This document shows positions 48,260-59,066 of a stretch of 64,000 bases of DNA, piece after piece. A program made the translations under genes and the position numbers. Source of the stretch: Candidatus Doudnabacteria bacterium RIFCSPHIGHO2_12_FULL_48_16 (GTDB lineage Bacteria > Patescibacteriota > Doudnabacteria > UBA920 > O2-02-FULL-48-8); assembly GCA_001780035.1 (NCBI GenBank), contig MFEY01000005.1, positions 40,354 to 104,353 of the forward strand. Reading direction: 5' to 3'. Position 1 is the first letter of the stretch; every line of letters starts with the position of its first letter. Below the pieces are notes generated by a model. The model was not told the DNA's origin. It did no database searches and was given only the letters and a program-made list of their open reading frames with translations.

Positions 48260-49015
48260 TTATTTCTTTTCGCTTGCCAAAAAATTCTTGATGTCCTGGA
48301 CGGTGCTCATGAATTGAGCGGGGAAAATAATAGTGGAATTTTTTTCCATCGCGATTTCCGCCATGGTCTGCAGGTTTCGCAACTGCAAGGCAATCGGATG
48401 TGCGGCCATGACATCGGCTGTTTGGGCCAGTTTTTCCGAGGCTGCCAATTCCCCTTCCGCGGCAATGATTTTGGCGCGCTTTTCACGTTCCGCTTCGGCC
48501 TGTTTGGCCATGGCGCGCTGCATGTTCTCCGGCAGCTCAATGTCTTTGATTTCAACTACGCTGACGACAACGCCCCAGGGCTCGGTATGAGCGTCCAGAA
48601 CTGTCCGGATCTGATTATTGATCGTTTCCCGCTCCGATAGAATTTCATCAAGCTGGAATTGGCCCACGATATTGCGGACCGTAGTCTGAGCAATCTGATT
48701 GATCGCGCTCATGACGTCTTCAATGGAGACAATGCTTTTAATCGGATCTGCGATCCGGTAGTAAGCGACCACCGAGACATCCACCGAAACGTTGTCCTTG
48801 GTGATGATTTTTTGCGGTTGCACCGGCAGCGTCACAGTGCGCAGGTCAATCTTGCGGACAATGTCAATATAAGGGATGACCCAATTCAGGCCCGGCTGCT
48901 TGGTGCCGATGATCCGGCCCAGGCGGAAAACCACGCCGATCTGATACTGCTGGACAATCCGGAAACCCGGAAGGATCAGAAAGACAATTATAAACGCAAG
49001 GACGTAAAATAACAT
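48260..49015 (-). CDS. SPFH/band-7 (stomatin/prohibitin-like) membrane protein
   Basis: An N-terminal TM helix and an SPFH body (VDLRTVTL...TKDNVSVDVSVVAYYRI). Confidence 0.85.
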   Translation of the reverse strand: MLFYVLAFIIVFLILPGFRIVQQYQIGVVFRLGRIIGTKQPGLNWVIPYIDIVRKIDLRTVTLPVQPQKIITKDNVSVDVSVVAYYRIADPIKSIVSIEDVMSAINQIAQTTVRNIVGQFQLDEILSERETINNQIRTVLDAHTEPWGVVVSVVEIKDIELPENMQRAMAKQAEAEREKRAKIIAAEGELAASEKLAQTADVMAAHPIALQLRNLQTMAEIAMEKNSTIIFPAQFMSTVQDIKNFLASEKK

Positions 49016-49020
49016 AAAAT

Positions 49021-49566
49021 TTAAATTTTCTTAATTTGTAAAAAGTCGAGCTCAATCGGCGTTTCCCGGCCAAAGATCGACACCAGGACCTTAATTTTGC
49101 CTTTTTCGTCATCGACTTCCGAGATTTTGCCTTCGTAATCTTTAAACGGACCGTCCATGATCCGGACCAGATCGCCGACCCGGACGTCGATTTTGTATTT
49201 GGGCTCTTCCATGCCCGTGCGCTTCTGTAGAATGGAAATTTCTGCATCGCCGATCGGCGTTGGGATGGTCCCCGATCCCACAAATCCGGTAACGTTGGGC
49301 GTATTTCTGACCACATACCAGGAATCATCCGTCACAATCATTTCGACTAAGACGTAGCCAGGGAAGATTTTTTCTTCCACAGTCGTGCGCTTACCGTCGC
49401 GAATTTTGATCTTCTTTTCCTTGGGCACGAGGACGTTAAAAATCTTGTCCTCCATACCCATGGATTCGATACGCTGCTTCAAATTGAACGCGACGCTGTC
49501 CTCATAACCGGAATAGGTGTGAAGGACATACCAATGTTTTTCACCCGTGACTTGTTGACGTGCCAT
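49021..49566 (-). CDS. nusG: transcription termination/antitermination factor NusG
   Basis: NGN domain, and a KOW motif [18 protein letters not shown]. Confidence 0.9.
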   Translation of the reverse strand: MARQQVTGEKHWYVLHTYSGYEDSVAFNLKQRIESMGMEDKIFNVLVPKEKKIKIRDGKRTTVEEKIFPGYVLVEMIVTDDSWYVVRNTPNVTGFVGSGTIPTPIGDAEISILQKRTGMEEPKYKIDVRVGDLVRIMDGPFKDYEGKISEVDDEKGKIKVLVSIFGRETPIELDFLQIKKI

Positions 49567-49567
49567 A

Positions 49568-49942
49568 TTATCTTAAATTACGAACAAATAAGAGCCAACC
49601 AATTAATGAACCAACGCCATCGTTAAAGAGATCACCGATCGTATCCCGTAATGTGAACCCCGTGGAAGGAAAAATGTGTCCCCGGACCAACAAAAATTCC
49701 AATGCTTCCCAGCTGGATCCGATAAACATTACAAACCCGGCGGTAAAAATTAAATTGAACCATACGGGATTACGTTCAGTTTTAGCCTTGCCAATCATCC
49801 AAGCGGCAAACATTGCCCAACCAATTCCGCCAGCAATGTGAAATGGTATATCCAGCCATTCAGGTTGCGGTGCCAGGAATCCAACTATCTCGGCTATAAC
49901 TAAAACCATTATTATGCTGAAAACCGCGGTTCGCAGTTTCAT
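49568..49942 (-). CDS. hypothetical membrane protein
   Basis: The start is trimmed to [11 protein letters not shown], because the track's extension overlaps secE. Four TM helices. Confidence 0.35.
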   Translation of the reverse strand: MKLRTAVFSIIMVLVIAEIVGFLAPQPEWLDIPFHIAGGIGWAMFAAWMIGKAKTERNPVWFNLIFTAGFVMFIGSSWEALEFLLVRGHIFPSTGFTLRDTIGDLFNDGVGSLIGWLLFVRNLR

Positions 49943-50127
49943 TACCGGCTCAGGAAATACTCGACCAGTTTGGTCAGGCCGTAGTCGACCGCGCCCAAGA
50001 AAGCTGCCACCGCCAGACAAAGGGCAATTACACCGAGTGTAATTCGGATTGCTTCGCGGCGGGTAGGCCAAACAACCTTGGTTAGTTCAGCCTTCGCTTC
50101 TTTCAAAAATTGGATCGGATTTGACAT
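49942..50127 (-). CDS. secE: preprotein translocase subunit SecE
   Basis: 61 aa with a single C-terminal TM helix. It sits directly upstream of nusG in the conserved secE-nusG-rplK-rplA arrangement. Confidence 0.7.
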   Translation of the reverse strand: MSNPIQFLKEAKAELTKVVWPTRREAIRITLGVIALCLAVAAFLGAVDYGLTKLVEYFLSR

Positions 50128-50245
50128 AGTGATTGAAAGTGACTTTAGGCTTTTTTAAAAGGCCTTTCGGGCCCTTATTGATAATATTATACATAAGACG
50201 GGTCAGCGGGTCAAGAGATAATATAAACCAGAACAAAGAGTTATG

Positions 50246-50325
50246 AGTCTTTGCGAGCGAGCGAAGAAATCTCTATAACCAGATTGCTTCGTCGTCCCGA
50301 TAAGTCGGGACTCCTCGCAAAGACT
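50246..50325 (-). other. multi-hairpin structured element abutting gyrB stop (complex terminator or small RNA)
   Basis: A 12-bp outer stem agtctttgcgag/ctcgcaaagact encloses two hairpins, gtcccga-taa-gtcggga and cgaagaaatct...agattgcttcg. Confidence 0.4.
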
Positions 50326-52386
<2,061 letters not shown>

Positions 52387-52434
52387 TTATACCAGTTTTT
52401 TGACTCAAAATAAAGACTCAAAAATGGATATTTA

Positions 52435-53565
52435 TTATCTAATTTCAGCTTGAAATTGATGTTCTGTTTCGTCAATAAGCCTATTCTGTAGTGGTTGAAT
52501 TTCATTATCCGTTAAAGTTCGATCATTGCTCCTATAAACTACTCGATATGTATAACTTACGTTATCAGCGCCGATTCTGTCAGGATTCTCATATTTATCG
52601 AGTAGCGCGACTTCTTCAACAAGATCGCCTCCGATGTCGCGTATAAGATCAAAGTAATTATTTGGAACAAAATTCGTATTCTTTTTGACAATGAAAGAAA
52701 TGTCTCGAGTGATCGGCGGGAACTTGCTGACCTCGACAAATTTTTGGCCAAGTTTGAGTTGTTTGGTCACGCGCGGATCAGTAGACCACAAAAGCCGGAT
52801 ATCTGGCAAACGCATGTTGCCAATCGCCAGACGCTCCAAACCAAAACCAAAAGCCCAACCGTGATAGCCTGTTAACCCGAAATTCTGTAGAACACTTTTT
52901 CGAACCATACCTGAACCTACCAGTTCAACCCATTTGCCATTCATTTCCATTTCCATTTCGAAACTGGGATCAGTGTAGGGAAAATTATGGTCATAAAACC
53001 GATGGTTAATTCCCAAACTTTCAGCGACCTCCGAAAGTGTTCTTTTCAAGTCGTCCGGAATAATATTTTTGCCTTCATCAGGTCCTATATACCATGCCCC
53101 GAACTGGTGGAATACATTCATGTGTGTACGATCGATCTCATCTTTACGGTAAACCTTACCGTAACAAATCGCGCCCAAGGTTTCTTTATTGACAATCCTT
53201 TTTTTGATTTCAGGGTCGTTTAAATAATAATACCAAAAAACCGTGTCATGAGATCTTAAAATATGTCCATCGTCTACATAATAAGTATCTGACCTACTAC
53301 GAGCTGGATGGCCGGGTGGCATATTGAATAGATCGAAGAAAATATCTATGGGTATAATTTCCGGAATTTCTATGACATCAAAGCCGACCAAGCTTTTGAC
53401 TTTGCTGGCCCTATCGACGATTTCCTTCAGCGGACTGCCAACGGTTCGCGACAAATCGGGCATATTTAAAAGCCTCAATATCCGTGCCGCGTCAGCGCCA
53501 CCGCGTTGTTGTAATTGTTGTTTTAGTTTATTTTCTTGAGATTTATCAATAATAATCTCGCTCAT
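52435..53565 (-). CDS. pheS: phenylalanine--tRNA ligase alpha subunit
   Basis: Class II aaRS motifs (FRPSYFPFTDPSFEME...GWAFGFGLERLAI). Confidence 0.9.
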   Translation of the reverse strand: MSEIIIDKSQENKLKQQLQQRGGADAARILRLLNMPDLSRTVGSPLKEIVDRASKVKSLVGFDVIEIPEIIPIDIFFDLFNMPPGHPARSRSDTYYVDDGHILRSHDTVFWYYYLNDPEIKKRIVNKETLGAICYGKVYRKDEIDRTHMNVFHQFGAWYIGPDEGKNIIPDDLKRTLSEVAESLGINHRFYDHNFPYTDPSFEMEMEMNGKWVELVGSGMVRKSVLQNFGLTGYHGWAFGFGLERLAIGNMRLPDIRLLWSTDPRVTKQLKLGQKFVEVSKFPPITRDISFIVKKNTNFVPNNYFDLIRDIGGDLVEEVALLDKYENPDRIGADNVSYTYRVVYRSNDRTLTDNEIQPLQNRLIDETEHQFQAEIR

Positions 53566-53566
53566 A

Positions 53567-53989
53567 TCAGTTCATGCTGGAATTAAAAGTTTGGCCGAGC
53601 AATTCTTCGCTATTTTTCAGAACAATGATCCCGCTGCCGGCGTCTGAGAGGCCGAGCTCCTTGCCCGAGCAGATCATGCCTTGCGATTCGACGCCCCGGA
53701 TTTTGGCTTTGCCGAGCACAAACGGTTGACCCGCCGGGTCATGATTGTCATGCGGGATAGTGGCACCGGGCAGAGCCAGCGGCACGACCGCACCCTCTTC
53801 GAAATTCCACGCTCCACAAACAACTGGTTCAATCGTGCGTTGCCCGTCTGACAAAGAGATCACCCGTAGCCGGTCCGCGTTGGGATGTTTTTCCACTTTT
53901 AAAACTTTTGATACGACAATGCCCGAAAAAACTGCCAGCGGCGCTGGAGTTTTTTTTGACGCGAACAGATTCCAAAGTTTACTTAACAA
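53567..53989 (-). CDS. stand-alone tRNA-binding (EMAP/CsaA/PheT-B1-like) domain protein
   Basis: VVSKVLKVEKHPNADRLRV...VCGAWNF is the OB-fold tRNA-binding domain. It sits directly upstream of pheS. Confidence 0.7.
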   Translation of the reverse strand: MLSKLWNLFASKKTPAPLAVFSGIVVSKVLKVEKHPNADRLRVISLSDGQRTIEPVVCGAWNFEEGAVVPLALPGATIPHDNHDPAGQPFVLGKAKIRGVESQGMICSGKELGLSDAGSGIIVLKNSEELLGQTFNSSMN

Positions 53990-55031
53990 TGACAGTTCCT
54001 TTGATAGTTGGGTTCAGATGGTCGTGATATCCGAATGTCCCGGTTTTGGTAAATGTAAAGCTGTAAGTTTGATTGCCCGACAGATCCGGTGACTCGAAGC
54101 CGGCCAAACCAGTATGGGTTGGGTGCGGATCCGATGCGACATGGTGATTCTTGCCGTCTTTGTTGAGCCAAACAACTGAATCACCTGCGCTCATCGTAAC
54201 GGTCGCCGGGTTAAATTTATCGTTTTCAATTGTCACGGTCACGGATTTCTTGGTTGACTGGCCGCCGGTGGGATTGGTGGGCGCGGGAGGGGTAACGGTT
54301 TTAAGCGACGTGATGGATGGTTCATGCAGCGGATTGGCAGCGGTATCGGCTTTGATTTGCTGGGTGCGGGAGTCGGTAAACTTTTTGCCCGGGGTCAGAG
54401 GGTCATAGCCATTTCGTATTTGATACGAATCGGTCCAGTCGTTCTGCTGGACAATCTCGCGCCGGTCCGTATATTTGAGAGTCGGTTCGGTCTTATAAAC
54501 ATGCAATTCATCCCCGTCTGCCAGGCCGTCCTTGTCCGAATCGGAATCTATCGGCGAGGTGCCGGTTTTGAATTCATCATAATTGCTCAGACCGTCGTTG
54601 TCGGGATCGGCATTGTCGCCGCAAATACTCTGATCGTCGCAGGCTTCTTTGTTAAAATATTGGGTCAGCCAAACCTTAGGCAGCCGGGTTGCAACCGCTT
54701 GCGGCTGATCACCGGGTTTATTGTCAGTTTTTTTCGCCCCCAAGAAATAATACAAACCAAAGCCAATTAAGCCTATGACTATGATTATTCCGCCAATCAG
54801 CAAAATATTGCGGTGCGAGTTCGGATCTGATTCGGGAAGGGGCGGCATGGAGTTCAGGCCCATATCGCCAATCGGGGCCTTAGGCGGCATACCGGATGGA
54901 GACCGTGGCGGAGGCGGCGGCATCGGTGACGAGAAGTTTGTATTTTTTTCCGGGTGGTTTAAATCCTGCGGCATGACTTGAAAGGTCAGGTCCGGCGAGG
55001 TTGCGGGGGCGTTGGGCGCATGGGGCTCCAT
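53979..55031 (-). CDS. membrane-anchored cupredoxin-domain protein with TSP3-like Ca-binding repeats
   Basis: Pro-rich N-terminus, a TM helix, DxDxDGxxDxxE repeats, and a C-terminal cupredoxin with an H...C...H...M-like pattern (HHVASDPHPTHTG...GYHDHLNPTIKGTV). Confidence 0.55.
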   Translation of the reverse strand: MEPHAPNAPATSPDLTFQVMPQDLNHPEKNTNFSSPMPPPPPRSPSGMPPKAPIGDMGLNSMPPLPESDPNSHRNILLIGGIIIVIGLIGFGLYYFLGAKKTDNKPGDQPQAVATRLPKVWLTQYFNKEACDDQSICGDNADPDNDGLSNYDEFKTGTSPIDSDSDKDGLADGDELHVYKTEPTLKYTDRREIVQQNDWTDSYQIRNGYDPLTPGKKFTDSRTQQIKADTAANPLHEPSITSLKTVTPPAPTNPTGGQSTKKSVTVTIENDKFNPATVTMSAGDSVVWLNKDGKNHHVASDPHPTHTGLAGFESPDLSGNQTYSFTFTKTGTFGYHDHLNPTIKGTVIVK

Positions 55032-55036
55032 AAAAT

Positions 55037-55411
55037 TTAACCGTTCTTAGTTATAAGATAAGATTCCAAAAATACGAAAACGAGAATCAGAAACGAGGTA
55101 TTGATCCAGGAAAACAGGCCGTGACTGGACAAAAGCAGGGAAAAAATTACGATCAGGCTGAGCCACAGGCTTTGGCGCAAGGCGGTGGCGAAATACAAAT
55201 GCTGGAATTCGCGCTGGCCCAGCAGGCGTCGGATGTAAAAATTAACCAGCGTCAGAGTGCTGAGGCAAAAACAGGCCAGAACCAGGTAAAACAGCAGAAT
55301 CGTCCAGGCCCCGGGCACACGAAGGAGCATCAAAGTCATCAGGCTCGCCAGAGAAATCAGCGCGATGACCAGGAGCGCTCGCTGAGTTGGGTTGAATTTA
55401 TTATACCACAT
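55037..55411 (-). CDS. hypothetical membrane protein
   Basis: Start trimmed to MWYNKFNP. Four TM helices. Confidence 0.4.
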   Translation of the reverse strand: MWYNKFNPTQRALLVIALISLASLMTLMLLRVPGAWTILLFYLVLACFCLSTLTLVNFYIRRLLGQREFQHLYFATALRQSLWLSLIVIFSLLLSSHGLFSWINTSFLILVFVFLESYLITKNG

Positions 55412-58370
55412 ATTGGCGGTATCGACACTCTTTGGCGTGCTGAGTCCGGCGGTCGGCTTCCAGGAAATTTCCAGTCTGCGTAGTTTCAATAATTTCCGCA
55501 ATTGTTTTGAGCAGCCGGGTTTTAATTTCGCCGATTTCCGTGGCCGTGCCCAAAAATTCACCGGAATCATCCAGACTTTCCAGGAACCAGTAACTGAGGC
55601 TTTGGATTTTTTCTTTGAACTCCTCTTGTGCCGCCCACTGATAAATTAGCAATTGCTGCTTGTCGACCGACGAAAGTTTACCGCGCGCAGCGCCGGTTTT
55701 ATAGTCAATAATGCTGATAGAGCCGTCCGGATTCAGATCGCCCCGGTCGATTTTGCCGACAAACTTAAATTTATCGAGCCGGAGCTTGAAGGGCTTTTCC
55801 AAAAACTTCGGCAACTTCGGGTCATCGGAAAATTTCCTGAAAAAGTTATCCAAATATCTGATTCCGCGCTTGCGATATTCTTCCTTATTGATCTTGTCAG
55901 GAAACCAGTCATCGACCCAAGATTCGGCGTAATATTTTTCCAGCAATTCTTTTTTAGGTAATTCAACCTGGCCGGTTTTTTTTGACCCAAACAGATCCGG
56001 TTGCACTAGTGTGTTAATCTGAACCAGGTGTTTGAGATATTTTTCCAAGGTTTTGTGAATCGTAATGCCGAAAGACAATTGCGCTTCGCCCGGCAGTGGC
56101 AGATGATAAACGTATTTGAATTGATACTCGAGCGGGCAGTGGAGAAAACACGAAATCTGGGAGAAAGAAAACGTGTCGGGAATGATCAGTTTGGTTTTGA
56201 GGCCCAGGAGCGGCGGTTGCTTGGTAAAAAACACTTCACCGGCGGGCGGCGCCTTCTTGATTTTTTCCTCGAGGCCCAGCTCGACCAGAAATCGGGACGG
56301 TTTTTTGTTGGTCGTGCCGCCGTAATCATCAGCCCAAGTCAGAAACAAAAACCGCTTGGCGCGCGTAGCCGCCACATAAAACAGACGGCGTTCCTCCATC
56401 AAATGCGCATCCCCTTCCGGCAAAATTTCCTTGACCAACGGCGGCGGAATCTCGATTTGTTCGGATCGGGCGCGCGACGGGAACCGCTGATCCACCATAT
56501 TGACCACAAAGACGCAGCCAAACTCCAATCCCTTGGAAGAGTGCACGGTCATGATCCGGACCGCTTCCGGCCCGGCATCCGGGTTAAATGCCAGCTCGCC
56601 CTGGTCGCCCGCTTCCATTTCCAGACGGATCTGGGCCATAAACCCTTTGAGCGATCGGTCGGTATTCTCTTCCTCATATTTTTGCGCTTTGCGGTAAAAT
56701 TGCTCCAAGAGCGAGCGGTTCTCTACGTTCGCGGCAGAGTCGGCGATTAAATTTTTAGTCCATTCCAGATCATGGAGGACATTCACCAGCAGTTCAGCCA
56801 CAGGCAGGTCGCGGCTCGCAGCCGCATGCTTGGCCAGGAGCCGAAGCAGATCCTGCGCCTTGAGGTTGTGGCTGTCCTTGACCGCTTCATACAAGGAAAC
56901 CGCCTTGCGCCTGGCAGTTTGCGATAAGAAAATCAGTTCCTCGTCCGGAATTTTAAATTTTGGCAAATTGAACACGCGAAACAGATTTTCACTTTCATGA
57001 TAATTATCCAGGAGCCGCAGGTAAGCCAGAATGTCTAAAATCAGGGGTTTTTTGTAAAGGCCACGGTTGGCTACAAACATATATGGCAGGCCCCGCCGCG
57101 ACAATTCGGCAATAAAGGCCTCGGCCGAATCATTGGCCCGCACCAGAATGGCAAAATCATTAAAATTTAATTGCTCACTTTGGGCCAACTCAATGATTTT
57201 ATCCGCGACCTGGCGGGCTTCCTCGTAAACACTGCCGGCATGCAGAACCTCGATCTTGCCGGACAGGCTGGTGCCGGCAGTCAGTTTTTTGGAAATTTTA
57301 AGCTTAGCTTCCAGACGCTCGGGATTGTTCTGTTGGATAAAACCGTAAGCCAAATCCAAAATCTTTTGGGTTGAGCGGTAATTCTCGGTCAGCGTCACTT
57401 CCTTGGTCCTAGGGAAATCTTCCTGGAATTTTAAAATATTGGAAATGGAAGCTCCGCGGAATTTATAAATCGACTGGTCATCGTCACCGACCACGGTAAT
57501 GTTGTTTTCCGGCAAAGCCAGTATTTTGACCAGATGATATTGGGCCAGGTCCGTGTCCTGAAATTCATCGACCAAAATATATTTAAATTTTTTCTGATAG
57601 AGTTCGAGGATCTTGGGCCTGGTGCGAAAAAGCTTCAGGGCATAGTTAATCAGATCCCCAAAATCCAGATGGCCCTCATCCAGCAGGAGTTTTTGATATT
57701 TATGATAAGCATTCGCCACTTCCAAAATCCTGGCCACTTCAGCTGCGTCAATCTGCAATCCTGAACTTGCTTCAGGATCTGTCTTTTTCTTCCGGGCTTT
57801 CTTTTTAATTTCAGCGCTATCTGAATTTAACCGCAGCCCTTCCGCGTATTTTAAATAATCATCCGGCCTGATTTCCTCACCCTTGGCCTTGTTAAAGTGC
57901 CGGAGCAGGGCGTGAATGAATTTATTGGGATTGCCCACGGGCTTATAATAATCCAAATCAAAATCATACAGGTGTTTTTTGATCAGCATCCAAGCTTGGG
58001 TGTCGGTGATTACCTTGAAATCGCCCGGCAGCCCGATATCGAGGGCGTGTTGGGACAAAATTTTCTGGGCAAAGGCGTGAAAAGTGGAAATTTGAATATC
58101 GGAATAGCCAAGTGGCATCAGCATGTCGACCCGCTCTTCCATTTCGTTGGCTGCTTTTTCGGTAAAGGTTAGGGCCAAAATTTCTTCGGGCTTGGCCAAG
58201 CCCTGCTCGATCAGCCAGACAATGCGCCTAGTTAGAACCGTAGTTTTGCCCGTGCCGGCCCCGGCTATGATCAAAAGCGGACCTTGGCCAAACGTCACGG
58301 CTTTACTTTGGTCTTTATTTAAGCCATTTAAAGTTTTGGAATCAGTTTGTGTTTTAGTTGCGGCCTTCAT
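55401..58370 (-). CDS. UvrD/PcrA-type ATP-dependent DNA helicase with C-terminal PD-(D/E)xK nuclease domain
   Basis: AGAGTGKTTVL is the Walker A motif, with UvrD motifs throughout. The C-terminal ...IDRGDLNPDGSISIIDYKTG... is a RecB-like nuclease fold. Confidence 0.9.
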   Translation of the reverse strand: MKAATKTQTDSKTLNGLNKDQSKAVTFGQGPLLIIAGAGTGKTTVLTRRIVWLIEQGLAKPEEILALTFTEKAANEMEERVDMLMPLGYSDIQISTFHAFAQKILSQHALDIGLPGDFKVITDTQAWMLIKKHLYDFDLDYYKPVGNPNKFIHALLRHFNKAKGEEIRPDDYLKYAEGLRLNSDSAEIKKKARKKKTDPEASSGLQIDAAEVARILEVANAYHKYQKLLLDEGHLDFGDLINYALKLFRTRPKILELYQKKFKYILVDEFQDTDLAQYHLVKILALPENNITVVGDDDQSIYKFRGASISNILKFQEDFPRTKEVTLTENYRSTQKILDLAYGFIQQNNPERLEAKLKISKKLTAGTSLSGKIEVLHAGSVYEEARQVADKIIELAQSEQLNFNDFAILVRANDSAEAFIAELSRRGLPYMFVANRGLYKKPLILDILAYLRLLDNYHESENLFRVFNLPKFKIPDEELIFLSQTARRKAVSLYEAVKDSHNLKAQDLLRLLAKHAAASRDLPVAELLVNVLHDLEWTKNLIADSAANVENRSLLEQFYRKAQKYEEENTDRSLKGFMAQIRLEMEAGDQGELAFNPDAGPEAVRIMTVHSSKGLEFGCVFVVNMVDQRFPSRARSEQIEIPPPLVKEILPEGDAHLMEERRLFYVAATRAKRFLFLTWADDYGGTTNKKPSRFLVELGLEEKIKKAPPAGEVFFTKQPPLLGLKTKLIIPDTFSFSQISCFLHCPLEYQFKYVYHLPLPGEAQLSFGITIHKTLEKYLKHLVQINTLVQPDLFGSKKTGQVELPKKELLEKYYAESWVDDWFPDKINKEEYRKRGIRYLDNFFRKFSDDPKLPKFLEKPFKLRLDKFKFVGKIDRGDLNPDGSISIIDYKTGAARGKLSSVDKQQLLIYQWAAQEEFKEKIQSLSYWFLESLDDSGEFLGTATEIGEIKTRLLKTIAEIIETTQTGNFLEADRRTQHAKECRYRQYVV

Positions 58371-58379
58371 GTGTTTATT

Positions 58380-59060
58380 ATAACATTTTTGGTAAATAAA
58401 AAGAGGCCCCAGAATGGCCTAAAAACGACGACGGGGAAGGATGAGTTAGCTTCTTCCTTCCCCGAGACAAAGACGAGTTCTCCTCCCAATAAATTTGGTG
58501 GCTGGGTTATGGCACAGGTCCAGCCGATCGTTCGTTAAGTATGCGAGGACCGTGCGTCGCCGCCCACTCAACTTCCAATCACCCCTGCTTTTTCGGCAGA
58601 CACACCCTCAAGTAGGAAAGAAGGTTTGGGCCACAGTCGCCAGACTGTGACGGTCGTCATACCATCGCCTCAACTCCGGCCCAGGAAGATTGGCCGGCAA
58701 GACGCGGAATAGGACTCCGCGCGGCATGGTTTGCTTCTTCAGTCGATCCTATGTCTGCGGAATTACCGCGGGATGCTAACCTCCGAGTGGAGGAAGCTCA
58801 CTGGGCCTTACCGCCACCGCTGAAGGATTGTCAGATTATCGACCTGTCTAGTTCAGGCTCTGACATATTTGGCGCTATCGCACCACACGCCTCTTTTCGG
58901 CCCTCAACTCCAGGAATCGATATCCGGAAGCGAATAGGCTCTGGATCAAGAAGTAACCTTGCGCAGGTAACTATTATAATTTCTTACGGTTGTGTCGTCA
59001 AATAAAAAGGCTAGGGATTCCAGTGGAACCCCTAGCCCGAATAGAGTCTGACCGCAATGT
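58380..59060. other. GC-rich ~0.65-kb ORF-poor segment between uvrD-like gene and purH-like gene
   Basis: Visibly high GC with no convincing ORF. I could not classify it as tmRNA or RNase P by motif. Confidence 0.3.
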
Positions 59061-59066
59061 CGCGAG

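Noticed and set aside
52942-52959. Hexanucleotide x 3 (catttc) in pheS encoding EMEMEM
   Set aside because: The segment aligns without an indel to the E. coli PheS motif region (EVDVMGKNGKW), and it is only 18 bp. It is probably native sequence rather than an insertion.
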